Of a stretch of 64,000 nucleotides of DNA, positions 10,278 to 18,631 are shown one piece after another (positions within the stretch are counted from its first letter, which is position 1; each line of letters opens with the position of its first letter). The notes below the pieces were generated by a model. That model did no database searches and was not told where the DNA came from. It was given only the letters and a program-made list of their open reading frames with translations. Position numbers and translations under genes: made by a program. Origin of the DNA: Myxococcota bacterium (lineage in GTDB: Bacteria; Myxococcota_A; UBA9160; SMWR01); contig JBNLVK010000248.1 of the NCBI GenBank assembly GCA_050618055.1, forward strand, positions 5,788 through 69,787, given 5' to 3'.

Positions 10278-11152
10278 GCGCGAGCCTTCGCCAGCCGCCC
10301 GACGCGTGCGGGCAGGTTCGGAAGCTCCAGGTAGTCGCACAGCTCCTCGAAGGCGTCCGAGGGCCCGCTCCAGCGCCAGTCGTCGACGTCGCCCAGGCCG
10401 GGCACGTCGGTCACGACCGTGGCGATCCGGCGGAACAGCAGCGCCTGGTCCCGCTCGCGTTCGAGGGTGGCCGCCAGCTTCGCCGCGCCGCGCACCTTCA
10501 CGTCCCACTCGGCCGGGTCGGCCGGGATCGCCTCGATGTGGCCGTAGCGCGACAGCACCGTCGCGGCCGACTTGGCGCCCCAGCCGGGCAGTCCGGGAAA
10601 GCCGTCGGCGCTGTCGCCCACCAGCGCCAGGTAGTCGGCGATCGACTCCGGCGGGACGCCGAACTTCTCGACGACCCCCTTCTCGTCGTAGGTCACGCCC
10701 TTGCGCCGGTCGACCTGCACCACCCGCGGATCCTCCACGCACTGGGCCAGGTCCTTGTCGGGCGTGCAGATCTCGACGCGCTCGACCCGCGGGTCGGCGG
10801 CGGCGGTGGCGGCGGCGGTGGCGAGACCGTCGTCGGCCTCGTGCTCCACCATGGCGAACACGGCGAAGCCGGCGGCGCGCAGCACGTCCTCGAGCAGCTC
10901 GAACTGGTTGCGCAGCTCGGGCTCGATGCCCTCGCCGGTCTTGTAGCCGGGGTACAGCGCGTTGCGGAACGACTCGATCACGTGGTCGGTCGCGACACCC
11001 ACGTGGCTGGCGCCGCCCTCCACCAGTCCCACCACCGACCCCAGGACGCCGCGGGTGGCGGCCACCTCCATGCCGTCCCGGTTCACGTGGTCGGGCAGGG
11101 CGAAGTGGTGGCGAAAGAGCTCGTAGGTCCCGTCGACGAGGTGGACGATCAC
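10274..11152 (-). CDS. 5'-3' exonuclease / flap endonuclease (Pol I N-terminal-domain type, no polymerase domain)
   Basis: GTG 11152 immediately follows the stop of the upstream CAP gene. Motifs LVDGTYELFRHHF, HEADDGLAT, and the H3TH block IADYLALVGDSADGFPGLPGWGAKSAATVL. Confidence 0.85.
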   Translation of the reverse strand: MIVHLVDGTYELFRHHFALPDHVNRDGMEVAATRGVLGSVVGLVEGGASHVGVATDHVIESFRNALYPGYKTGEGIEPELRNQFELLEDVLRAAGFAVFAMVEHEADDGLATAAATAAADPRVERVEICTPDKDLAQCVEDPRVVQVDRRKGVTYDEKGVVEKFGVPPESIADYLALVGDSADGFPGLPGWGAKSAATVLSRYGHIEAIPADPAEWDVKVRGAAKLAATLERERDQALLFRRIATVVTDVPGLGDVDDWRWSGPSDAFEELCDYLELPNLPARVGRLAKARA

Positions 11153-11665
11153 CTACCGAGGATAGGTCACGTACACCTGGGTGTAGAGGAGCGTTCCGTC
11201 GGAGGTCCGGGCGATGCCGATGCCGGTGGCGTTGAAGACCGGCGAGAACAGGTTGCGCGCGTGGATCGGCGACCGCACCCAGCCGGAGACGATCTCGCGG
11301 TTGGGCTGGGCGCGGCTGGTGGCGCCGATGTTCTCGGCGGCCAGCGTGAAGCCGTCGAGCCGGGCCTGGGTCAGCCGGTCGACGGCGTTCGCGCCCTCCG
11401 GGCTCTCGTGGGCGATGTAGCCGCGCGCCGCCATGTCCCGGCTGTGGGCGCGGGCCACCGCGTCGAGCGCCTCGCTGCGCTGGAGCGGTCGCAGGTGCCG
11501 CTGGCTGCGCACGTCGTTCACCTGGCGCAGCAGCTCGGCCTCCAGCGGCGCGAGCTGGGGGTCGGGAACGCCCGGTCCGCTCGCCTGGATGCGCAGCGGC
11601 GAGAGCCAGAAGGCGAGGGCGATTCCCAGCAGGAAGCCCACCGCCTGGTGCAGGTCGCGGGGCAC
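11153..11665 (-). CDS. CAP/SCP (PR-1, YkwD-like) domain secreted protein
   Basis: GTG 11665 overlaps the upstream stop by 1 nt (TAGTG). N-terminal hydrophobic segment AVGFLLGIALAFWL. CAP blocks LLRQVNDVRSQRHLRPL, ARAHSRDMAARGYIAHESP, SGWVRSPIHARN. The rest of the 1360-aa track ORF is spurious. Confidence 0.8.
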   Translation of the reverse strand: MPRDLHQAVGFLLGIALAFWLSPLRIQASGPGVPDPQLAPLEAELLRQVNDVRSQRHLRPLQRSEALDAVARAHSRDMAARGYIAHESPEGANAVDRLTQARLDGFTLAAENIGATSRAQPNREIVSGWVRSPIHARNLFSPVFNATGIGIARTSDGTLLYTQVYVTYPR

Positions 11666-13158
11666 TAGTTGTGCTCCGTCAGCAGCGGCGCCGGCGCCAG
11701 CACCGACGCGTCGAGCACCTCGCGGCGCTTCAGGCGTCCGTCCTGGTAGTGGGAGATCACGTCGATGCGGCCGTCCCCGTCCGAGTCCTCCTCGAGGCGG
11801 GCCACCTGCTCGTTCGCGTCGTAGGTGCGCACCGCGTCGGCACGACCGTCGCCGTCGTCGTCCTGCTCCTCCCGGGCCAGGCGTCCGTTCTCGTAGTGGG
11901 AGACGCGGTCGCGGAAGCCGTCGCCGGTGGAGTCGCGCTCCAGGCGCGCCAGGGTGCCGCTGCGGAAGTAGCTCCAGGTGTCGACGTGGCCGTCGCCGTC
12001 GTCGTCGGCACGGCGGCGCAGGATGGCGCCGTCCTTCAGCTGGGTCCAGGTGTCGACGCGTCCGTCGTGGTTCGCGTCCTCCTCGATGGCGCGGATCTCG
12101 TGGGTGGCCAGGTCGTAGTGGAGCGTGCGGTCGGGACGTCCGTCGAAGTCCTCGTCGAGCAGCTCGCGCACGATCTCGCCGCGCTCGCGGAAGATCCACT
12201 GGTCGGTGGCGCCGTCGCCGTCGCGGTCGACGTGGCCGGACGCGGCGGCGAGCTGGGGGTTCGCGTCGGGTCGCGCCACGGCGGCGGTCGTCGCACGGGG
12301 CGCCGGCTGCTGGCGCTCGGGACGCGGCGTGGCGACCGGGGCGGGCACCCGGCGCAGGGCGGCCAGCTCCTCGGCGAAGGATCCGGCCTGGGGCGCCTGG
12401 GTCGGTGCGGCCTGCCGGGGCGGGTACGCGGGCGCGGCCTGGGGCGCGGGGGCGCCCTGGCGCCGGTTCAGCTCCTCCTCCATCTGGCGCAGGCGGGCCG
12501 TCTCGTAGTCGGTGGGCGCGGGGCCCGGGGGCGGCGGGGGCGGTGCGTTGTCGAGCGTCGGCACCTCCGGACCGGGCGTGGGCTCGCCGCGGACCTTGTC
12601 GGCGGCGTACACGAAGGGGGCCGCCACCACCGCGAAGGGCAGCGTCACGTACTTCCACCAGACCGGCGCCTCGTCGACCTTCTGGTGGACCTCCACCTCG
12701 GTGGTGTTGCCGCCGATCATGGTGATCGCCGACGACGGCGCCGGAGCGGGGGCGCCGCTGGTCGCACGCCGGCCGTAGGGATCGGGGCCCTGCGGCGGGA
12801 CGGCGCCCTGCGGAGCCCCGTACGCGCCCTGGGGTGCCGGGGCCGGGCTCTGGGTGGGCGCCGGGGCCGGCGGGTACGACCCCTGCGGCGGCGCACCGGC
12901 CGGGTTCGCCTGCGGCGCGGGGGGTCCGTAGCTCCCCTTGCCGCTCACCTTCGGGTGGTACGCCCCCTGGTAGGTCGGAGCCGACTGCCCCGGATAGATG
13001 ATCGATGCGCCCGCGCCGGTGTCGACGACGGGCGTGCGGTCGACGGTGTTGTCCTTGGTGTGGAAGGCGGGACAGCCGACGCTCGCGCCCGAAACGATCG
13101 CGACGGTGAGAAGAAGAAGGCGGCGTCGCCAGGTTCCAGCTCGATCTGCTGCTCGCAT
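11665..13158 (-). CDS. Lipoprotein with Pro-rich spacer, one TM-like segment and seven C-terminal DxDGDG (Ca-binding-like) repeats
   Basis: ATG 13158 is preceded by GAGAGG. Lipobox-type signal RRRLLLLTVAIVSGASVGC. Long PAPQ-rich low-complexity region. Repeats are described in the next feature. Confidence 0.7.
   Translation of the reverse strand: MRAADRAGTWRRRLLLLTVAIVSGASVGCPAFHTKDNTVDRTPVVDTGAGASIIYPGQSAPTYQGAYHPKVSGKGSYGPPAPQANPAGAPPQGSYPPAPAPTQSPAPAPQGAYGAPQGAVPPQGPDPYGRRATSGAPAPAPSSAITMIGGNTTEVEVHQKVDEAPVWWKYVTLPFAVVAAPFVYAADKVRGEPTPGPEVPTLDNAPPPPPPGPAPTDYETARLRQMEEELNRRQGAPAPQAAPAYPPRQAAPTQAPQAGSFAEELAALRRVPAPVATPRPERQQPAPRATTAAVARPDANPQLAAASGHVDRDGDGATDQWIFRERGEIVRELLDEDFDGRPDRTLHYDLATHEIRAIEEDANHDGRVDTWTQLKDGAILRRRADDDGDGHVDTWSYFRSGTLARLERDSTGDGFRDRVSHYENGRLAREEQDDDGDGRADAVRTYDANEQVARLEEDSDGDGRIDVISHYQDGRLKRREVLDASVLAPAPLLTEHN
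11716..12228 (-). repeat. Seven tandem ~24-aa coding repeats, consensus D-x-D-G-D-G-x-x-D-x-W/V-x-x-Y-x-x-G-x-L-x-R-x-E
   Basis: Read from the translation: DRDGDGATDQWIF.., DEDFDGRPDRTLHY.., DANHDGRVDTWTQL.., DDDGDGHVDTWSYF.., DSTGDGFRDRVSHY.., DDDGDGRADAVRTY.., DSDGDGRIDVISHY.. Confidence 0.6.
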
Positions 13159-13356
13159 CCCGGTACCTCTCTGCAGTGACACGCGTGCGCTGCCATGAGT
13201 CTGCAAGAAGCGTGCGCGAGGGGCCCCGGGGACGGGTTCCGACCGCGGCGCGCCGGGTTGTCCCGTGCCACTGCGCACCGGCTGCGCATCCGCGATGCGG
13301 AAGCGCGCGCGCAGCCCGGGGCGGAAGCCTTCCGAAGAGTGGAAGCCGGCGACGCT

Positions 13357-14397
13357 CTAGGCGTCGGCGTCGGCGTCGGCGTCGTCGTCGTCGCCGGCGC
13401 CCGACAGGCGGCCGATCGCCACGGTGCCGAGCAGGCCGCCGGCGATCAGCGCCAGCGCGGCGGCGACCTGTCCGCCGCTCGGGTCGAAGCGGCGCACCGC
13501 CCAGTCGTCGGGCTCGAACTCGGCGCGGTTCTCGACGGTGACGGTGCGGCCCTTCAGCACGTCGCCCGGCTCGGGCTCGACGCCCACCTGGAAGGGCCAC
13601 AGTCCCACCACCGCGCCGAGCAGCAGGCCCAGCAGGGCGCCCAGCGTGGCCTTCTCGTAGCGCTCGAGCAGCCACTTCAGCGCGTTGCTCACGCCGACCA
13701 CGCCCGCCGCCACGCCGAGGCCCAGCGGAATCACCAGCGCGAGCGCGTCGATCACCAGCGTGAGGTCGAAGCCGGTGCCGGCGGTCGGGTCGCCCAGCAG
13801 GCCCAGCTTCAGCTGGTCGATGGTGCCCAGGATGTTCTCGTACTGGCCGAGCAGCAGCAGCAGGTAGCCGCCGCTCACGCCGGGCAGGATCATGGCGGAG
13901 GCGGCGGCGAGCCCGGAGACGAACAGCATGAAGGCGCTGGCCGCCGCGGCGCCCGAGCCCGAGCTGCCGAAGGCCATGGCGCACATGACGGCGAAGGCGG
14001 CGGCCGCGGCTCCGTACACCGCACCGCTGGCCGGCCGCGCCATGCGCCAGATGAGCGGCACACCGCCGAGGGTCAGCCCGATGAACAGGCTGTACATCAC
14101 CCAGCGGTGTTCCACGACCAGCGACTTCACCGTGCCCGCCAGCAGCAGGATGCCGAGCGCCGCCGAGCCCACGATCGCCGCCAGCAGCACCAGCGAGCGC
14201 AGGCGGAAGCGCAGCGTGGTGACCTCGGCGATGCCGGCGATGAAGCCGGGGTAGACGCCGGCAGCCAGCAGCATGGTGCCGCCGCTGATGCCCGGCACCA
14301 GGTTCGCCAGGCCCATCAGCGTGCCGCCGATGACACCGCGGATCACCAGGACCGGCAGCGCCCCCTCGCGCGCGGGAGAACCGTTCTCGCTCGACAT
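13357..14397 (-). CDS. DUF368 family membrane protein (family recently linked to undecaprenyl-phosphate translocation, PopT-like)
   Basis: ATG 14397. Two copies of the hallmark motif (VPGISGGTMLL and LPGVSGGYLLL) and about 8 hydrophobic segments. Unusual acidic tail GDDDDADADADA. Confidence 0.85.
   Translation of the reverse strand: MSSENGSPAREGALPVLVIRGVIGGTLMGLANLVPGISGGTMLLAAGVYPGFIAGIAEVTTLRFRLRSLVLLAAIVGSAALGILLLAGTVKSLVVEHRWVMYSLFIGLTLGGVPLIWRMARPASGAVYGAAAAAFAVMCAMAFGSSGSGAAAASAFMLFVSGLAAASAMILPGVSGGYLLLLLGQYENILGTIDQLKLGLLGDPTAGTGFDLTLVIDALALVIPLGLGVAAGVVGVSNALKWLLERYEKATLGALLGLLLGAVVGLWPFQVGVEPEPGDVLKGRTVTVENRAEFEPDDWAVRRFDPSGGQVAAALALIAGGLLGTVAIGRLSGAGDDDDADADADA
13360..13392 (-). 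repeat. In-frame microsatellite (GGCGTC)x4 + (GTC)x3 encoding the DDDDADADADA tail of the DUF368 protein
   Basis: Direct reading of 13360-13392: ggcgtcggcgtcggcgtcggcgtcgtcgtcgtc. Confidence 0.7.
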
Positions 14398-14440
14398 GCT
14401 CGTCTTTCTCCCAGGGGGGGCGGCGCGGTACTGTAGCAGC

Positions 14441-15139
14441 GTGTGCGGACGCTTCACGCTGACCTCCACACCGGAAGCGCTGGCGCTGCGCTTCGAGCTC
14501 GACGCTCCGCCCGAGCTGGCTCCGCGCTACAACGTGGCCCCCACCCAGGACGTGCTGGCGATCCGCGCGCAGGCGGGACGTCGCTCGGCCCGCTCGGCTG
14601 ACTGGCTGCGCTGGGGACTCGTGCCGCCGTGGGCGAAGGACGCGTCGGTGGGGGTGCGCATGATCAACGCCCGCATCGAGTCGGTGACCTCGCGCAGCGC
14701 CTACCGCGAGGCGGTGACGGCGCGACGCTGCCTGGTGGCGGCCGACGGCTTCTACGAGTGGGCCGACCTGGGCGGCTTCAAGCAGCCCTACTACGCCACG
14801 CCCGCGGGCGGCGGACCGATCGGCTTCGCCGGCCTGTGGGAGCAGTGGCGCGACCCGGCGGGCCGCACGCTCGAGACCTGCACGATCCTCACCGCGGACG
14901 CGACGCCGGTGCTGCGCCGCGTCCACGACCGCATGCCGGTGGTGGTGGATCCGGCCGACCACGCGGCGTGGCTGGATCCGCGGCCCGGCGACGTCGATTC
15001 CCTGCTCGAGCGCCTGGGGGCGTCGAAGCCGGAGTGGCGTCTCCACCCGGTGAGCCCGCGGGTGAACCGGGCCGACGAGGACGACGCCTCCCTGGTGGCG
15101 CCGGTGCCCGAGCCGCCGCGGCAGGAAGCGCTGTTCTGA
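14441..15139 (+). CDS. yedK: SOS-response-associated peptidase (SRAP, YedK/HMCES family abasic-site processing protein)
   Basis: GTG 14441 gives the invariant N-terminus (M)CGRF. Other blocks: YNVAPTQ, MINARIES, CLVAADGFYEW, HDRMPVV. Confidence 0.9.
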   Translation: MCGRFTLTSTPEALALRFELDAPPELAPRYNVAPTQDVLAIRAQAGRRSARSADWLRWGLVPPWAKDASVGVRMINARIESVTSRSAYREAVTARRCLVAADGFYEWADLGGFKQPYYATPAGGGPIGFAGLWEQWRDPAGRTLETCTILTADATPVLRRVHDRMPVVVDPADHAAWLDPRPGDVDSLLERLGASKPEWRLHPVSPRVNRADEDDASLVAPVPEPPRQEALF

Positions 15140-15216
15140 GCGGAGCGCGCGACACGGCAGCGGACCTGGCGGCGGACGTCCGGAGACGGCGGCTGCGGCG
15201 GCTGCTGCTGCTGGCG

Positions 15217-15429
15217 GTGGCGCTGCTCTACGCACTGTCGATCCCGTGGTACCGGACGGGCGGCGCGCAGGACGGCGACTGGCTGGGACTTCCCGGCTGG
15301 GTGGCGGTGGCGCTGCTCTGCTACGTGGGCGCGGCCTTCGCGAACGCGGGGGCCTGGCTGCTGACCGACGTGCGGGACGCGCCCCGCGAGCGGGCGGATC
15401 CGCCGGGTCCGGACGAGGGGGCGTCGTGA
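15217..15429 (+). CDS. DUF3311-like small membrane protein (partner of the downstream symporter); start uncertain
   Basis: Two hydrophobic segments (LLLLAVALLYALSIPWY, WVAVALLCYVGAAFANAGAWLL). The stop overlaps the symporter start (GTGA). The first canonical in-frame start after yedK is GTG 15217, which would clip the RRRRLRRLLLL leader. Confidence 0.5.
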   Translation: MALLYALSIPWYRTGGAQDGDWLGLPGWVAVALLCYVGAAFANAGAWLLTDVRDAPRERADPPGPDEGAS

Positions 15430-16862
15430 GCCTCGACGTGCTGGGCGTCGTCGGGCTCGGCGTCTACCTGACGACGCTGGCGGTGATCGCCGAAGTCGCG
15501 CGCCGCTCGCGCCGCAGCGGTAGCCCGGCCGACCACTTCCTGGCGAACCGCGAGCTCGGCACCTTCGTGGTGTTCCTCACCCTGTACGCCACCGCCTACA
15601 GCGGCAACTCGCTGCTCGGCTACCCGGGCGAGGCCTACCGGCGCGGCTTCTCGTGGATCATGGCCACCGGCTTCATGATGTCGATCATCGTGGTCTTCCA
15701 CGCGCTGGTGCCGAAGCTGCGTCCGCTGGCGGTGGCCCACGGCTTCGTGACCCCCGGCGACTACGTGCGCCACCGCTTCGGCGACCGCGACGGCGGGCGT
15801 CCGCTCCAGCTGGCGGTGGCGCTGCTCATGATGGTCGCGCTGGCCAACTTCCTGTTCGCCCAGCTGAAGGCCATGGGCGTGATGGCGGAGCAGGTGACCG
15901 GCGGCATGGTCTCCTACGAGCTGGGGGTCGTGGTGCTGGCGGCCGTGATCCTGCTCTACGAGACCCTCGGCGGCATGCGCGCCGTCGCCTGGACCGACAC
16001 CGGCCAGGGCCTGCTGATGCTGGTGGGACTGGCCGCGCTGCTGGCCTGGCTGGTGGGCGACTCGGGCGGCTTCTCCGCCATCACCCGCGACATCGCACGG
16101 GTGCGTCCCGACGCGGTGCGGGTGCCGGACACCGCCGAGCGCTTCAACTGGGCCAGCACGATCGTGCTGCTCGGGCTGGCGAGCGTCGTCTACCCCCAGG
16201 CGATCCAGCGCGTCTACGCGGCGCGCAGCGGCGAGACGCTGCGGCGGGCCTTCGCGCTCATGACCTTCATGCCGCTCACCACGACGCTGGTGGTGACGCT
16301 GATCGGCCTGGCGGCGATCCCGCGCTTCGAGGGGCTGGGGGAGGTCGCCGCCGACCGGGTGATGCCGCTGTTGCTGGGCGCCTGGGCGGCGGAGGGACCG
16401 ATCCACGCGGGCGCGGCGGTGCTGGTCTTCCTGGGCGCGCTGGCCGCGATCATGTCCACCGCCGACTCGGTGCTGTTGTCCCTCGGCTCGATCGCCGCCG
16501 AGGACGTGGGGCGCCGCCGCCGCGACGATCCCGACACTACCCGCCTGGGCAAGCGCATCGCCGCGGTGGTGATGATCGGCATGGCGGGCGCCGCGCTGAT
16601 CGCCCGCGACGTGACGCTCTGGGGGCTCATCGAGCTGAAGATGGAGCTGCTGATCCAATGCGTGCCCGCCTTCCTGCTGGCGCTCCACTGGCGGCGGCTG
16701 CGCGCCGACGCGGCCTGCGCCGGGCTGGTGGTGGGCGCGACGATCGCCGTGGCGGGGGTCTTCCTCGGCATGAAGCGCATCGAGGGCATCCACATCGGCG
16801 TGATCGGGCTGGCGGTGAACGCGACGATCTGCGGGCTCGGCTCGCTGCGCCGCGCGCGCTAG
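15426..16862 (+). CDS. Sodium:solute symporter (SSS) family transporter
   Basis: GTG 15426. SSS N-terminal block HFLANRELGTFVVFLTLYATAYSGNSLLGYPGEAY and about 12-13 hydrophobic segments. The small-subunit + SSS gene arrangement is typical. Confidence 0.9.
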   Translation: MSLDVLGVVGLGVYLTTLAVIAEVARRSRRSGSPADHFLANRELGTFVVFLTLYATAYSGNSLLGYPGEAYRRGFSWIMATGFMMSIIVVFHALVPKLRPLAVAHGFVTPGDYVRHRFGDRDGGRPLQLAVALLMMVALANFLFAQLKAMGVMAEQVTGGMVSYELGVVVLAAVILLYETLGGMRAVAWTDTGQGLLMLVGLAALLAWLVGDSGGFSAITRDIARVRPDAVRVPDTAERFNWASTIVLLGLASVVYPQAIQRVYAARSGETLRRAFALMTFMPLTTTLVVTLIGLAAIPRFEGLGEVAADRVMPLLLGAWAAEGPIHAGAAVLVFLGALAAIMSTADSVLLSLGSIAAEDVGRRRRDDPDTTRLGKRIAAVVMIGMAGAALIARDVTLWGLIELKMELLIQCVPAFLLALHWRRLRADAACAGLVVGATIAVAGVFLGMKRIEGIHIGVIGLAVNATICGLGSLRRAR

Positions 16863-18631
16863 CGCCGGGCGCGGATCTCCGCCGCCAGCGCCGCGTTGCC
16901 CTGCTGCTCGGCCAGGACGATGGCGCGGTCTAAGGCGTCGCGGGCCTCGCCGCCGCGGCCGAGCTGGAGCAGCGCCAGCCCGCGCGACGACCAGGCGCCC
17001 GGCAGGTCGGGCAGGACCCCGAGGGCCTGGTCGGTGGCGGTGAGCGCCGCTTCTGCCTCGCCGCGCTCCAGGTGCACGAAGGCCAGGATCACCAGGGCCT
17101 CGGCGCGCTGGTGGCCGCGGGCCAGGCGGACGGCGTGGCGCGCGCGGCCCAGGGCCTCGGCGTGCTGGTCCGACAAGGCGAGCGCACGGGCCAGGCGCAT
17201 GTGGGCCCCGGCGTCGCGGGGTCGCAGGCGCAGCGCGCGTTCGTAGTGGAGGATCGCCCGCGTCCAGTCGCGGCGCTCGGCGTACACGTCGGCCAGCCCG
17301 CGATGGGTCGCCGCCCACTCGGGCCGGAGCGCGGCGGATCGGCGGAAGGCCTGCTCTGCCTCTTCGACGGCGCCGCGCAGCAGCAGCTCGCTGCCCACCC
17401 ACTGGTGGGCGAACCAGTTGTCCGGGTCGACCGCCACCGCGTGCCGGAAGAGCGTCTCGGTGTCGCGCCAGTGGCGCGTCTGGCGGTGGGCCGCGACGCC
17501 GAGCGCCAGCACGACGCAGAGCGCCGCGGCGCCGGCGGCGCGACGCGCCCCCGGCGAACGCACCGACCGGTCGACGCTCCACGCGAGGGCCAGGCAAAGA
17601 CCGACGAGCGGCAGGTAGGTGTAGCGGTCCGCACGGCCCTGCATGCCCACCTGCACCAGGCCCAGCACCGGCACGAGCATGCCCAGGAACCAGAGCCAGC
17701 CGACCAGCAGCCAGGGGGCGCGGCGGCGCAGCGCGAGGCCCGCGGCACTGATGGCGAGCAGCAGCACGCCGCAGGCGGCGACGGCGGACCACGCGAGCGC
17801 GTCCTGCGGGTGCGGGTAGAAGACGCTCAGGCCGCTCGGCCAGAACGCGTCGCGCAGGTAGAGCACCACCGAGAGCACGGCGTTGCCCACGCGCAGCGCG
17901 GGGTCGAGCAGGTCGCCGTGGTCCATGGATCCGTAGCGCTGCTGGGCGTAGACCGTGGCGATGCTGGCCAGGGCGGCGAGCGCCAGCAGCGGCAGCTTCT
18001 CCAGCACGGCGAGGCGCCGCTGCGCGGGGGTCTTCAGGCGATCCAGCGGCCAGGCGTCGAGCAGCAGCAGTACGCAGGGAAGCGTCACCAGCATGGGCTT
18101 GGTCAGCAGGCCCAGCGCGGTGGCGGCGACCACCGTCAGGTAGCGCCCCGTCGAGGGCGCCCGGGCGTACCCCACGTGGAGCCACAGGGCGAGGGCGAAG
18201 AACACCGCCGACAGCGTGTCCTTGCGCTCGGAGACCCACGCCACCGACTCGACGTGCAGCGGGTGGACGGCGAAGACGGCGGCCACGAACGCCGCCGGGG
18301 CCGGATCGCCGGTGGCGCGCCACAGGGCCGCGTGCAGCAGCAGGCTCGCCAGCAGGTGGAGCGCCACGTTTGTGGCGTGGTAGCCGGCCGGGTCGAGCCC
18401 GTGCCAGGCGTGATCGATCTGGAGCGAGATCCAGGTGAGCGGGATCCAGTTGGCCTCGTAGGGCTCGGCGAAGGCCCGGGCCATGGCGTCCAGGGTCGGA
18501 CCGCTGCGCAGCAGCGGGTTCTCGGTCACGTAGACCGGATCGTCCCAGCGCAGGAAGTCGTGGCCGGTGGTCTGCGCGAAGACGGCGAGCGTGGCAACCG
18601 CGATGGCCAGGGCCGCGAGGGCGGCCCTCAT
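16859..18631 (-). CDS. TMTC-like GT-C membrane glycosyltransferase domain (DUF1736/PMT_2-like) fused to C-terminal TPR repeats
   Basis: ATG 18631 overlaps the sulfatase stop (ATGA). Block FLRWDDPVYVTENPLL and about 10 TM segments. The C-terminal ~200 aa are TPR-like (WFAHQWVGSELLLRGAVEEAEQAFRRS, YERALRLRPRDAGAHMRLARAL). Confidence 0.8.
   Translation of the reverse strand: MRAALAALAIAVATLAVFAQTTGHDFLRWDDPVYVTENPLLRSGPTLDAMARAFAEPYEANWIPLTWISLQIDHAWHGLDPAGYHATNVALHLLASLLLHAALWRATGDPAPAAFVAAVFAVHPLHVESVAWVSERKDTLSAVFFALALWLHVGYARAPSTGRYLTVVAATALGLLTKPMLVTLPCVLLLLDAWPLDRLKTPAQRRLAVLEKLPLLALAALASIATVYAQQRYGSMDHGDLLDPALRVGNAVLSVVLYLRDAFWPSGLSVFYPHPQDALAWSAVAACGVLLLAISAAGLALRRRAPWLLVGWLWFLGMLVPVLGLVQVGMQGRADRYTYLPLVGLCLALAWSVDRSVRSPGARRAAGAAALCVVLALGVAAHRQTRHWRDTETLFRHAVAVDPDNWFAHQWVGSELLLRGAVEEAEQAFRRSAALRPEWAATHRGLADVYAERRDWTRAILHYERALRLRPRDAGAHMRLARALALSDQHAEALGRARHAVRLARGHQRAEALVILAFVHLERGEAEAALTATDQALGVLPDLPGAWSSRGLALLQLGRGGEARDALDRAIVLAEQQGNAALAAEIRARR

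Noticed and set aside
13159-13356. Rho-independent terminator after the DUF368 gene.
   Set aside because: Only short stems were found (GGAAG-c-CTTCC, TCCGC-gat-GCGGA), with loops that are too tight and no U-tract. This is not convincing.
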